In this document: positions 24,838 to 32,000 of the stretch, in pieces
Numbering within the stretch: position 1 is the first letter of the stretch
How the letters are laid out: every line of letters begins with the position of its first letter
NCBI RefSeq assembly: GCF_017352035.1
Contig: NZ_CP071439.1
Strand: one strand, 5' to 3'
DNA from: Escherichia coli
GTDB lineage: Bacteria; Pseudomonadota; Gammaproteobacteria; Enterobacterales; Enterobacteriaceae
Length of the DNA stretch: 32,000 bases
Notes under the pieces: generated by a model
What the model was told of the DNA's origin: nothing
Seen by the model: the letters and a program-made list of their open reading frames with translations, nothing else
The model's database searches: none
Position numbers and translations under genes: made by a program

Positions 24838-25506
24838 ATGTCAACCCCGCGTCAGATTCTTGCTGCAATTTTTGATATGGATGGATTACTTATCGACTCA
24901 GAACCTTTATGGGATCGAGCCGAACTGGATGTGATGGCAAGCCTGGGGGTGGATATCTCCCGTCGTAACGAGCTGCCGGACACCTTAGGTTTACGTATCG
25001 ATATGGTGGTCGATCTTTGGTACGCCCGGCAACCGTGGAATGGGCCAAGCCGTCAGGAAGTAGTAGAACGGGTTATTGCCCGTGCCATTTCACTGGTTGA
25101 AGAGACACGTCCATTATTACCAGGCGTGCGCGAAGCCGTTGCGTTATGCAAAGAACAAGGTTTATTGGTGGGACTGGCCTCCGCGTCACCACTACATATG
25201 CTGGAAAAAGTGTTGACCATGTTTGACTTACGCGACAGTTTCGATGCCCTCGCCTCGGCTGAAAAACTGCCTTACAGCAAGCCGCATCCGCAAGTATATC
25301 TCGACTGCGCAGCAAAACTGGGCGTTGACCCACTGACCTGCGTAGCGCTGGAAGATTCAGTAAATGGCATGATCGCCTCTAAAGCAGCCCGCATGCGTTC
25401 CATCGTCGTTCCTGCGCCAGAAGCGCAAAATGATCCACGTTTTGTATTAGCAAACGTCAAACTCTCATCACTGACAGAACTCACCGCAAAAGACCTTCTC
25501 GGTTAA
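24838..25506 (+). CDS. hxpB: HAD-family hexitol/sugar phosphatase B
   Basis: 222 aa; AAIFDMDGLLIDSEP, SASPLHML, KPHPQVYLDCA; YniC. Confidence 0.96.
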   Translation: MSTPRQILAAIFDMDGLLIDSEPLWDRAELDVMASLGVDISRRNELPDTLGLRIDMVVDLWYARQPWNGPSRQEVVERVIARAISLVEETRPLLPGVREAVALCKEQGLLVGLASASPLHMLEKVLTMFDLRDSFDALASAEKLPYSKPHPQVYLDCAAKLGVDPLTCVALEDSVNGMIASKAARMRSIVVPAPEAQNDPRFVLANVKLSSLTELTAKDLLG

Positions 25507-25508
25507 TG

Positions 25509-25544
25509 ACCAGGGGCAGTGATCACGCTGCCCCTGGTTCTTTA
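25509..25544 (+). terminator. Terminator-like hairpin after hxpB
   Basis: ACCAGGGGCAG / CTGCCCCTGGT 11-bp stem then TCTTTATCT. Confidence 0.65.
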
Positions 25545-25616
25545 TCTGAATTTGCATTCAACTGACGGATTAATCGTCAATTTAAGAGAAAGAGTTACAC
25601 CGTCACCACTTCCGCG

Positions 25617-25636
25617 CACTGTATAAAAATCCTATA
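25617..25636 (+). promoter_or_regulatory. Second, weaker LexA-like half-matching site upstream of ydjM
   Basis: CACTGTATAAAAATCCTATA: good left half CACTGTATA, poor right half. Confidence 0.4.
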
Positions 25637-25654
25637 CTGTACGTATCGACAGTT
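25635..25654 (+). promoter_or_regulatory. LexA (SOS) box of ydjM
   Basis: TACTGTACGTATCGACAGTT, CTGT-N8-ACAG core intact; ydjM is a known LexA-regulated gene. Confidence 0.88.
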
Positions 25655-25668
25655 TAGTGAGTTTTATC

Positions 25669-26259
25669 ATGACGGCGGAAGGTCACCTTCTCTTTTCTAT
25701 TGCTTGTGCGGTATTTGCCAAAAATGCCGAGCTGACGCCCGTGCTGGCACAGGGTGACTGGTGGCATATTGTCCCTTCCGCAATCCTGACGTGTTTGTTA
25801 CCGGACATCGATCACCCAAAGTCGTTTCTTGGGCAGCGATTAAAGTGGATATCAAAACCGATCGCCCGCGCTTTTGGGCATCGTGGTTTTACCCACAGTC
25901 TGCTGGCGGTATTTGCGCTGCTGGCAACCTTTTACCTTAAGGTTCCTGAAAGCTGGTTCATTCCGGCTGATGCGCTACAAGGAATGGTGCTGGGTTATTT
26001 GAGCCACATACTTGCCGATATGCTGACACCCGCCGGTGTTCCCCTGCTCTGGCCATGCCGCTGGCGTTTCCGCTTGCCTATCCTGGTTCCCCAAAAGGGC
26101 AACCAACTGGAACGTTTTATCTGCATGGCATTATTTGTCTGGTCGGTATGGATGCCCCATTCATTACCCGAAAACAGCGCTGTTCGTTGGTCATCGCAAA
26201 TGATCAATACTTTGCAGATCCAGTTTCATCGGCTTATTAAGCATCAGGTTGAATACTAA
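25669..26259 (+). CDS. ydjM: SOS-regulated inner membrane protein, YdjM metal-dependent hydrolase-like family
   Basis: 196 aa from ATG at 25669; DIDHPKS, HRGFTHSLL, GYLSHILADMLTPAG motifs. Confidence 0.95.
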   Translation: MTAEGHLLFSIACAVFAKNAELTPVLAQGDWWHIVPSAILTCLLPDIDHPKSFLGQRLKWISKPIARAFGHRGFTHSLLAVFALLATFYLKVPESWFIPADALQGMVLGYLSHILADMLTPAGVPLLWPCRWRFRLPILVPQKGNQLERFICMALFVWSVWMPHSLPENSAVRWSSQMINTLQIQFHRLIKHQVEY

Positions 26260-26391
26260 AAAGGCAAAAATCACCTTTCTGGAATAAGCAATTCCATTTG
26301 AATATAAGAGCCAGCTCACAGTTCTGTTAATCTTGCGCCAACACTATGACTGCTACGCAGTGATAGAAATAATAAGATCAGGAGAACGGGG

Positions 26392-27783
26392 ATGAACTTT
26401 CCATTAATTGCGAACATCGTGGTGTTCGTTGTACTGCTGTTTGCGCTGGCTCAGACCCGCCATAAACAGTGGAGTCTGGCGAAAAAAGTGCTGGTGGGTC
26501 TGGTGATGGGTGTGGTTTTTGGCCTTGCCCTGCATACCATTTATGGTTCTGACAGCCAGGTACTTAAAGATTCTGTACAGTGGTTTAACATTGTTGGTAA
26601 CGGCTATGTTCAACTGCTGCAAATGATCGTTATGCCGTTAGTCTTCGCCTCTATTCTGAGCGCGGTTGCCCGTCTGCATAACGCATCTCAGTTAGGCAAA
26701 ATCAGTTTTCTGACCATCGGTACGCTTTTGTTTACCACGCTGATTGCGGCGCTGGTCGGTGTGCTGGTCACCAACCTGTTTGGTTTGACGGCTGAAGGTC
26801 TGGTTCAGGGTGGTGCAGAAACTGCACGTCTGAACGCCATTGAAAGTAACTATGTTGGTAAAGTCTCTGACCTGAGCGTTCCGCAGCTGGTCTTGTCCTT
26901 TATCCCGAAAAACCCGTTTGCCGATCTGACCGGAGCCAATCCGACGTCAATTATCAGCGTGGTAATTTTTGCCGCATTCCTCGGTGTAGCTGCGCTGAAA
27001 CTGCTGAAGGATGATGCGCCGAAAGGTGAACGCGTCTTAACCGCTATCGATACCCTGCAAAGCTGGGTAATGAAGCTGGTTCGCCTGGTCATGCAGTTGA
27101 CCCCTTACGGCGTTCTGGCGCTGATGACCAAAGTGGTTGCAGGTTCTAACCTGCAAGACATCATCAAACTGGGAAGTTTCGTTGTCGCGTCCTACCTCGG
27201 TCTTCTGATTATGTTTGCAGTGCATGGCCTTCTGCTGGGTATTAATGGCGTGAGCCCGCTGAAGTACTTCCGTAAGGTATGGCCAGTACTGACGTTTGCC
27301 TTTACCAGCCGTTCCAGTGCTGCGTCTATCCCACTGAATGTGGAAGCACAAACGCGTCGTCTGGGTGTTCCTGAATCCATCGCCAGTTTCGCCGCCTCTT
27401 TCGGTGCAACCATTGGTCAGAACGGCTGTGCCGGTTTGTATCCGGCGATGCTGGCGGTGATGGTTGCGCCTACGGTTGGCATTAACCCGATGGACCCGAT
27501 GTGGATTGCGACGCTGGTCGGTATTGTTACCGTTAGTTCCGCAGGCGTTGCCGGTGTCGGTGGTGGTGCAACTTTCGCCGCACTGATTGTGCTGCCTGCG
27601 ATGGGCCTGCCAGTTACCCTGGTGGCGCTGTTAATCTCCGTTGAACCGCTTATCGACATGGGGCGTACGGCGCTAAACGTTAGTGGCTCGATGACCGCTG
27701 GCACGCTGACCAGCCAGTGGCTGAAGCAAACCGATAAAGCCATTCTGGATAGCGAAGACGACGCCGAACTGGCACACCGTTAA
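26392..27783 (+). CDS. tcyP: L-cystine/sulfocysteine:cation symporter
   Basis: 463 aa SDF/DAACS family; [15 protein letters not shown] and multiple TMs; YdjN. Confidence 0.96.
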   Translation: MNFPLIANIVVFVVLLFALAQTRHKQWSLAKKVLVGLVMGVVFGLALHTIYGSDSQVLKDSVQWFNIVGNGYVQLLQMIVMPLVFASILSAVARLHNASQLGKISFLTIGTLLFTTLIAALVGVLVTNLFGLTAEGLVQGGAETARLNAIESNYVGKVSDLSVPQLVLSFIPKNPFADLTGANPTSIISVVIFAAFLGVAALKLLKDDAPKGERVLTAIDTLQSWVMKLVRLVMQLTPYGVLALMTKVVAGSNLQDIIKLGSFVVASYLGLLIMFAVHGLLLGINGVSPLKYFRKVWPVLTFAFTSRSSAASIPLNVEAQTRRLGVPESIASFAASFGATIGQNGCAGLYPAMLAVMVAPTVGINPMDPMWIATLVGIVTVSSAGVAGVGGGATFAALIVLPAMGLPVTLVALLISVEPLIDMGRTALNVSGSMTAGTLTSQWLKQTDKAILDSEDDAELAHR

Positions 27784-27786
27784 TTC

Positions 27787-28590
27787 TTATGCTGGCAACG
27801 GTCCGTTTTGTATAGGAGCCGTTGCCTTACTTTTTAAATGTTCCATCGCGGCGATGCATACTGACTCATATTTAAACAGATCGTCAGCGAAAAAAATGGC
27901 TAACTTATCGATACATTCCTGACTCAATGAATGTGCCTGTAGCGAAAAGCTTAAAACCTCATACCCAAGACGTTTTCTAAGTGAACTATCTGAAATACTC
28001 ATAATCTCTTCAAGCACACCACTTCCCATTCCCGGAAGATTCAGTGGATTAAAAAGAAGATTGACATTAAGTATTGATATTACCGAAGGAAACTTTAGGA
28101 GACTCTCATTTTTTTGAATCGCAGCAAAAATGCTCCCAACAGGATGTATATAATTTTGTTCATAGTATATCGTTTTTAAATAGTGAATAACCAACCTGTT
28201 TTTTATATTGATCAAATTGGTCATTTTTTCTGGTCGGAATTCACAAGTAAAATCCATCCCAACAAAATTCTCATTAATACCTCTTATCCTAATTTCACTA
28301 CCATAAAGATTATTAATTATCACTCTATATTTAACATTGTCCTGCAGATATGTATCAAAACTAAGTGCTGGCGCTCCTGGCTTTGAGGCATCATAGTTAA
28401 TGTTAGACATATAGGCAATCATATAATTGAAGTTTGATTCTGCTATTTCATCGCAGGCACATTGACCCGTTGATATAAAGAAAGTGAGTGCTGTCATGGT
28501 AGACTGCAGTCTTTCTTTAAAAGAGTCGAAGGCAAGGTTTTTAATATTTAAATTACCATAATCACTCTGTATTAAGTTTGTAGAAAACAT
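27787..28590 (-). CDS. ydjO: Uncharacterised protein YdjO, 267 aa
   Basis: ORF MFSTNLIQSDYGNLNIKNLAFDSFKERLQ...; internal ATG at 28590 chosen; known locus between tcyP and cedA. Confidence 0.88.
   Translation of the reverse strand: MFSTNLIQSDYGNLNIKNLAFDSFKERLQSTMTALTFFISTGQCACDEIAESNFNYMIAYMSNINYDASKPGAPALSFDTYLQDNVKYRVIINNLYGSEIRIRGINENFVGMDFTCEFRPEKMTNLINIKNRLVIHYLKTIYYEQNYIHPVGSIFAAIQKNESLLKFPSVISILNVNLLFNPLNLPGMGSGVLEEIMSISDSSLRKRLGYEVLSFSLQAHSLSQECIDKLAIFFADDLFKYESVCIAAMEHLKSKATAPIQNGPLPA
27794..27838 (+). terminator. Probable tcyP terminator lying inside the ydjO 3' end
   Basis: GGCAACGG-TCC...GGA-g-CCGTTGCC (27794-27826) followed by TTACTTTTTAA. Confidence 0.6.
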
Positions 28591-28878
28591 CTCCCACCTC
28601 ATATTATCAACAAAATTATTATCTCATTTGAATCTAAGCAATTTACAATATAAGTTTAATGGCAACGCCACAGGATGAACTATCAAAAATAGCTCATCCT
28701 GATTAGCTAAACTTAACTATTATAAAATAAATAAACAATTAAAGAAAAAAGATCACTTATTTATAGCAATAGATCGTCAAAGGCAGCTTTTTGTTACAGG
28801 TGGTTTGAATGAATGTAGCAATGAAATACAGAATTTCAGGCCATGTAACTCCCGGCAAAACCGGGAGGTACGTAATCT

Positions 28879-29121
28879 TTACTCAGTCACTTCCCCTTCC
28901 TGGCGGATCTGATTTGCCCAACGCTGGGCGGATTCAGGCACAGTAAACGCCGGTGAGCGCAGAAATGACTCTCCCATCAGTACAAACGCAACATATTTGC
29001 CACGCAGCATCCAGACATCACGAAACGAATCCATCTTTATCGCATGTTCTGGCGGCGCGGGTTCCGTGCGTGGGACATAGCTAATAATCTGGCGGTTTTG
29101 CTGGCGGAGCGGTTTCTTCAT
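28879..29121 (-). CDS. cedA: CedA (originally 'cell division activator'), 80 aa
   Basis: MKKPLRQQNRQIISYVPRTEPAPPEHAIKMDSFRDVWMLRGKYVAFVLMGESFLRSPAFTVPESAQRWANQIRQEGEVTE; start at 29121. Confidence 0.94.
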   Translation of the reverse strand: MKKPLRQQNRQIISYVPRTEPAPPEHAIKMDSFRDVWMLRGKYVAFVLMGESFLRSPAFTVPESAQRWANQIRQEGEVTE

Positions 29122-29259
29122 TACTGGCTTCACTAAACGCATATTAAAAATCAGAAAAACTGTAGTTTAGCCGATTTAGCCCCTGTACGTCCCGCTTTGC
29201 GTGTATTTCATAACACCGTTTCCAGAATAGCCTCCGAAGCGGGATCTGGCTGGTGGTCT

Positions 29260-29268
29260 ATAGTTAGA
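29260..29268 (+). promoter_or_regulatory. Candidate extended -10 of the sigmaS-dependent katE promoter
   Basis: CTATAGTTA about 55 nt upstream of katE ATG; resembles the sigmaS-preferred CTATACT element. Confidence 0.5.
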
Positions 29269-29324
29269 GAGTTTTTTGACCAAAACAGCGGCCCTTTCAG
29301 TAATAAATTAAGGAGACGAGTTCA

Positions 29325-31586
29325 ATGTCGCAACATAACGAAAAGAACCCACATCAGCACCAGTCACCACAACACGATTCCAGCGAAGCGAAACCGGGGA
29401 TGGACTCACTGGCACCTGAGGACGGATCTCATCGTCCAGCGGCTGAACCGACACCGCCAGGTGCACAACCTACCGCCCCAGGGAGCCTGAAAGCCCCTGA
29501 TACGCGTAACGAAAAACTTAATTCTCTGGAAGACGTACGCAAAGGCAGTGAAAATTATGCGCTGACCACTAATCAGGGCGTGCGCATCGCCGACGATCAA
29601 AACTCACTGCGTGCCGGTAGCCGTGGTCCAACGCTGCTGGAAGATTTTATTCTGCGCGAGAAAATCACCCACTTTGACCATGAGCGCATCCCGGAACGTA
29701 TTGTTCATGCACGTGGATCAGCAGCTCACGGTTATTTCCAGCCATATAAAAGCTTAAGCGATATCACCAAAGCGGATTTCCTCTCAGATCCGAACAAAAT
29801 CACCCCAGTATTTGTTAGGTTCTCTACCGTTCAGGGTGGTGCTGGCTCTGCCGATACCGTGCGTGATATCCGTGGCTTTGCCACCAAGTTCTATACCGAA
29901 GAGGGTATTTTTGACCTCGTTGGCAATAACACGCCAATCTTCTTTATCCAGGATGCGCATAAATTCCCCGATTTTGTTCATGCGGTAAAACCAGAACCGC
30001 ACTGGGCAATCCCACAAGGGCAAAGCGCCCACGATACTTTCTGGGATTATGTTTCTCTGCAACCTGAAACTCTGCACAACGTGATGTGGGCGATGTCGGA
30101 TCGCGGGATCCCACGCAGTTACCGCACCATGGAAGGCTTCGGTATTCACACCTTCCGCCTGATTAATGCCGAAGGGAAGGCAACGTTCGTACGTTTCCAC
30201 TGGAAACCACTGGCAGGTAAAGCCTCACTCGTTTGGGATGAAGCACAAAAACTAACCGGACGTGACCCGGACTTCCACCGCCGCGAGTTGTGGGAAGCCA
30301 TCGAAGCAGGCGATTTTCCGGAATACGAACTGGGCTTCCAGTTGATTCCTGAAGAAGATGAATTCAAGTTTGACTTCGATCTTCTCGATCCAACCAAACT
30401 CATCCCGGAAGAACTGGTACCCGTTCAGCGTGTTGGCAAAATGGTGCTCAATCGCAACCCGGATAACTTCTTTGCCGAAAACGAACAGGCGGCTTTCCAT
30501 CCTGGGCATATTGTCCCCGGTCTGGATTTCACCAACGATCCGCTGTTGCAGGGGCGTTTGTTCTCTTATACCGATACACAAATCAGTCGTCTTGGCGGAC
30601 CAAATTTCCATGAGATTCCGATTAACCGCCCGACCTGCCCTTACCATAATTTCCAGCGTGACGGCATGCATCGTATGGGGATCGACACTAACCCGGCGAA
30701 TTACGAACCGAACTCGATCAACGATAACTGGCCGCGCGAAACACCGCCGGGGCCGAAACGTGGCGGTTTTGAATCATACCAGGAGCGCGTGGAAGGCAAT
30801 AAAGTTCGCGAGCGCAGCCCATCGTTTGGCGAATATTATTCCCATCCGCGTCTGTTCTGGCTAAGTCAGACGCCATTCGAGCAGCGCCATATTGTCGATG
30901 GTTTCAGTTTTGAGTTAAGCAAAGTAGTTCGGCCGTATATTCGTGAGCGCGTTGTTGACCAGCTGGCGCATATTGATCTCACTCTGGCCCAGGCGGTGGC
31001 GAAAAATCTCGGTATCGAGCTGACGGACGACCAGCTGAATATCACCCCGCCTCCGGACGTCAACGGTCTGAAAAAGGATCCATCCTTAAGTTTGTACGCC
31101 ATTCCTGACGGTGATGTGAAAGGTCGCGTGGTAGCGATTTTACTTAATGATGAAGTGAGATCGGCAGACCTTCTGGCCATTCTCAAGGCGCTGAAGGCCA
31201 AAGGCGTTCATGCCAAACTGCTCTACTCCCGAATGGGTGAAGTGACTGCGGATGACGGTACGGTGCTGCCTATAGCTGCTACCTTTGCCGGAGCGCCTTC
31301 GCTGACGGTCGATGCGGTTATTGTCCCTTGCGGCAATATCGCGGATATCGCTGACAACGGCGATGCCAACTACTACCTGATGGAAGCCTACAAACACCTT
31401 AAACCGATTGCGCTGGCAGGAGACGCGCGCAAGTTTAAAGCAACAATCAAGGTCGCTGACCAGGGTGAAGAAGGGATTGTGGAAGCTGACAGCGCCGATG
31501 GTAGTTTTATGGATGAACTGTTAACGCTGATGGCAGCACACCGCGTGTGGTCACGCATTCCTAAGATTGACAAAATCCCGGCGTAA
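29325..31586 (+). CDS. katE: Catalase HPII (large-subunit monofunctional catalase)
   Basis: 753 aa; catalase core ([54 protein letters not shown]) plus C-terminal GATase1-like domain. Confidence 0.99.
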   Translation: MSQHNEKNPHQHQSPQHDSSEAKPGMDSLAPEDGSHRPAAEPTPPGAQPTAPGSLKAPDTRNEKLNSLEDVRKGSENYALTTNQGVRIADDQNSLRAGSRGPTLLEDFILREKITHFDHERIPERIVHARGSAAHGYFQPYKSLSDITKADFLSDPNKITPVFVRFSTVQGGAGSADTVRDIRGFATKFYTEEGIFDLVGNNTPIFFIQDAHKFPDFVHAVKPEPHWAIPQGQSAHDTFWDYVSLQPETLHNVMWAMSDRGIPRSYRTMEGFGIHTFRLINAEGKATFVRFHWKPLAGKASLVWDEAQKLTGRDPDFHRRELWEAIEAGDFPEYELGFQLIPEEDEFKFDFDLLDPTKLIPEELVPVQRVGKMVLNRNPDNFFAENEQAAFHPGHIVPGLDFTNDPLLQGRLFSYTDTQISRLGGPNFHEIPINRPTCPYHNFQRDGMHRMGIDTNPANYEPNSINDNWPRETPPGPKRGGFESYQERVEGNKVRERSPSFGEYYSHPRLFWLSQTPFEQRHIVDGFSFELSKVVRPYIRERVVDQLAHIDLTLAQAVAKNLGIELTDDQLNITPPPDVNGLKKDPSLSLYAIPDGDVKGRVVAILLNDEVRSADLLAILKALKAKGVHAKLLYSRMGEVTADDGTVLPIAATFAGAPSLTVDAVIVPCGNIADIADNGDANYYLMEAYKHLKPIALAGDARKFKATIKVADQGEEGIVEADSADGSFMDELLTLMAAHRVWSRIPKIDKIPA

Positions 31587-31593
31587 ATATGGA

Positions 31594-31623
31594 TAAGGTC
31601 ACGCCCCCTGGGGAGTGACCTTA
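31594..31623. terminator. Hairpin between convergent katE and chbG, likely bidirectional terminator
   Basis: TAAGGTCAC (31594-31602) / GTGACCTTA (31615-31623). Confidence 0.5.
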
Positions 31624-31632
31624 CCACCTTAC

Positions 31633-32000
31633 TTACACATCAAGATAACTACCCAACCGATAACCACGCTCAGCAATCGCATATTTCAACGACGCTGAAG
31701 TCAGCACATCCAGTTCCGTTAACCGAGGGAAGCAATAAGCACTCTGGCGAATCGTATTATCGATAAACGCCGGGTGGCACATCACTTCCAGCGAGCGCTC
31801 GCCGCGATGACTGGAGTCATCAAGCACTTGCAGGAACAGCGACTCACTGATCTCTTCACCGTAGAATGCACTGCTGAATCCCTGGGTAGTGCGCAGGTTG
31901 ACCGGCAAATCAAACACCATCTGACGATCCGCCCGCAACGCAATCCCCTCTTCTGCCGCAAACCTGGCAACAATCGGGAAAATCTGCGGGAACATATGCA
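31633..32000 (-). CDS. chbG: Chitooligosaccharide deacetylase, C-terminal part (5' end beyond window)
   Basis: [25 protein letters not shown]...[28 protein letters not shown]; YdjC family, frame stays open to the window edge. Confidence 0.94.

Noticed and set aside
31981-32000. chbG start at ATG near 31993-31995
   Set aside because: Frame stays open to the window edge and the real N-terminus lies outside; the internal Met is only where the window-limited ORF call begins.

Overview
This window is an ordinary-looking stretch of Enterobacteriaceae core chromosome. Gene content and order match the E. coli 'pps to katE' region: fadK(3' end)-ppsA / ppsR-aroH-ydiE / selO(ydiU)-rflP(ydiV)-nlpC-btuD-btuE-btuC-ihfA-pheT-pheS-pheM-rplT-rpmI-infC-thrS / arpB-yniD / ydiY / pfkB-ydiZ-yniA / yniB / hxpB(yniC)-ydjM-tcyP / ydjO-cedA / katE / chbG(5' truncated by the window edge). 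I see no CRISPR array, IS element, prophage or rRNA/tRNA gene. The most interesting locus is arpB (18558-20456). It is one uninterrupted 632-codon ORF here, whereas as I recall it is annotated as a split pseudogene in K-12 MG1655. Its C-terminal half has five ankyrin-like units spaced exactly 144 nt (48 codons) apart. Its middle region has a Cys...His...YDPNxTN arrangement that recalls the ShET2/OspD/EspL type III effector cysteine-protease family; that link is inference. A second lead is a possible transcription attenuator in the ydiY 5' leader: a good sigma70-like promoter followed by a hairpin plus T7 tract before the start codon. Smaller observations concern regulatory overlaps (TrpR operator over the ppsR stop codon, terminator-like hairpin inside the ydjO 3' end), a coding-like remnant upstream of arpB, and the AT-rich orphan ydjO. 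No database or folding computation was run. Gene identities come from recognising the protein sequences.
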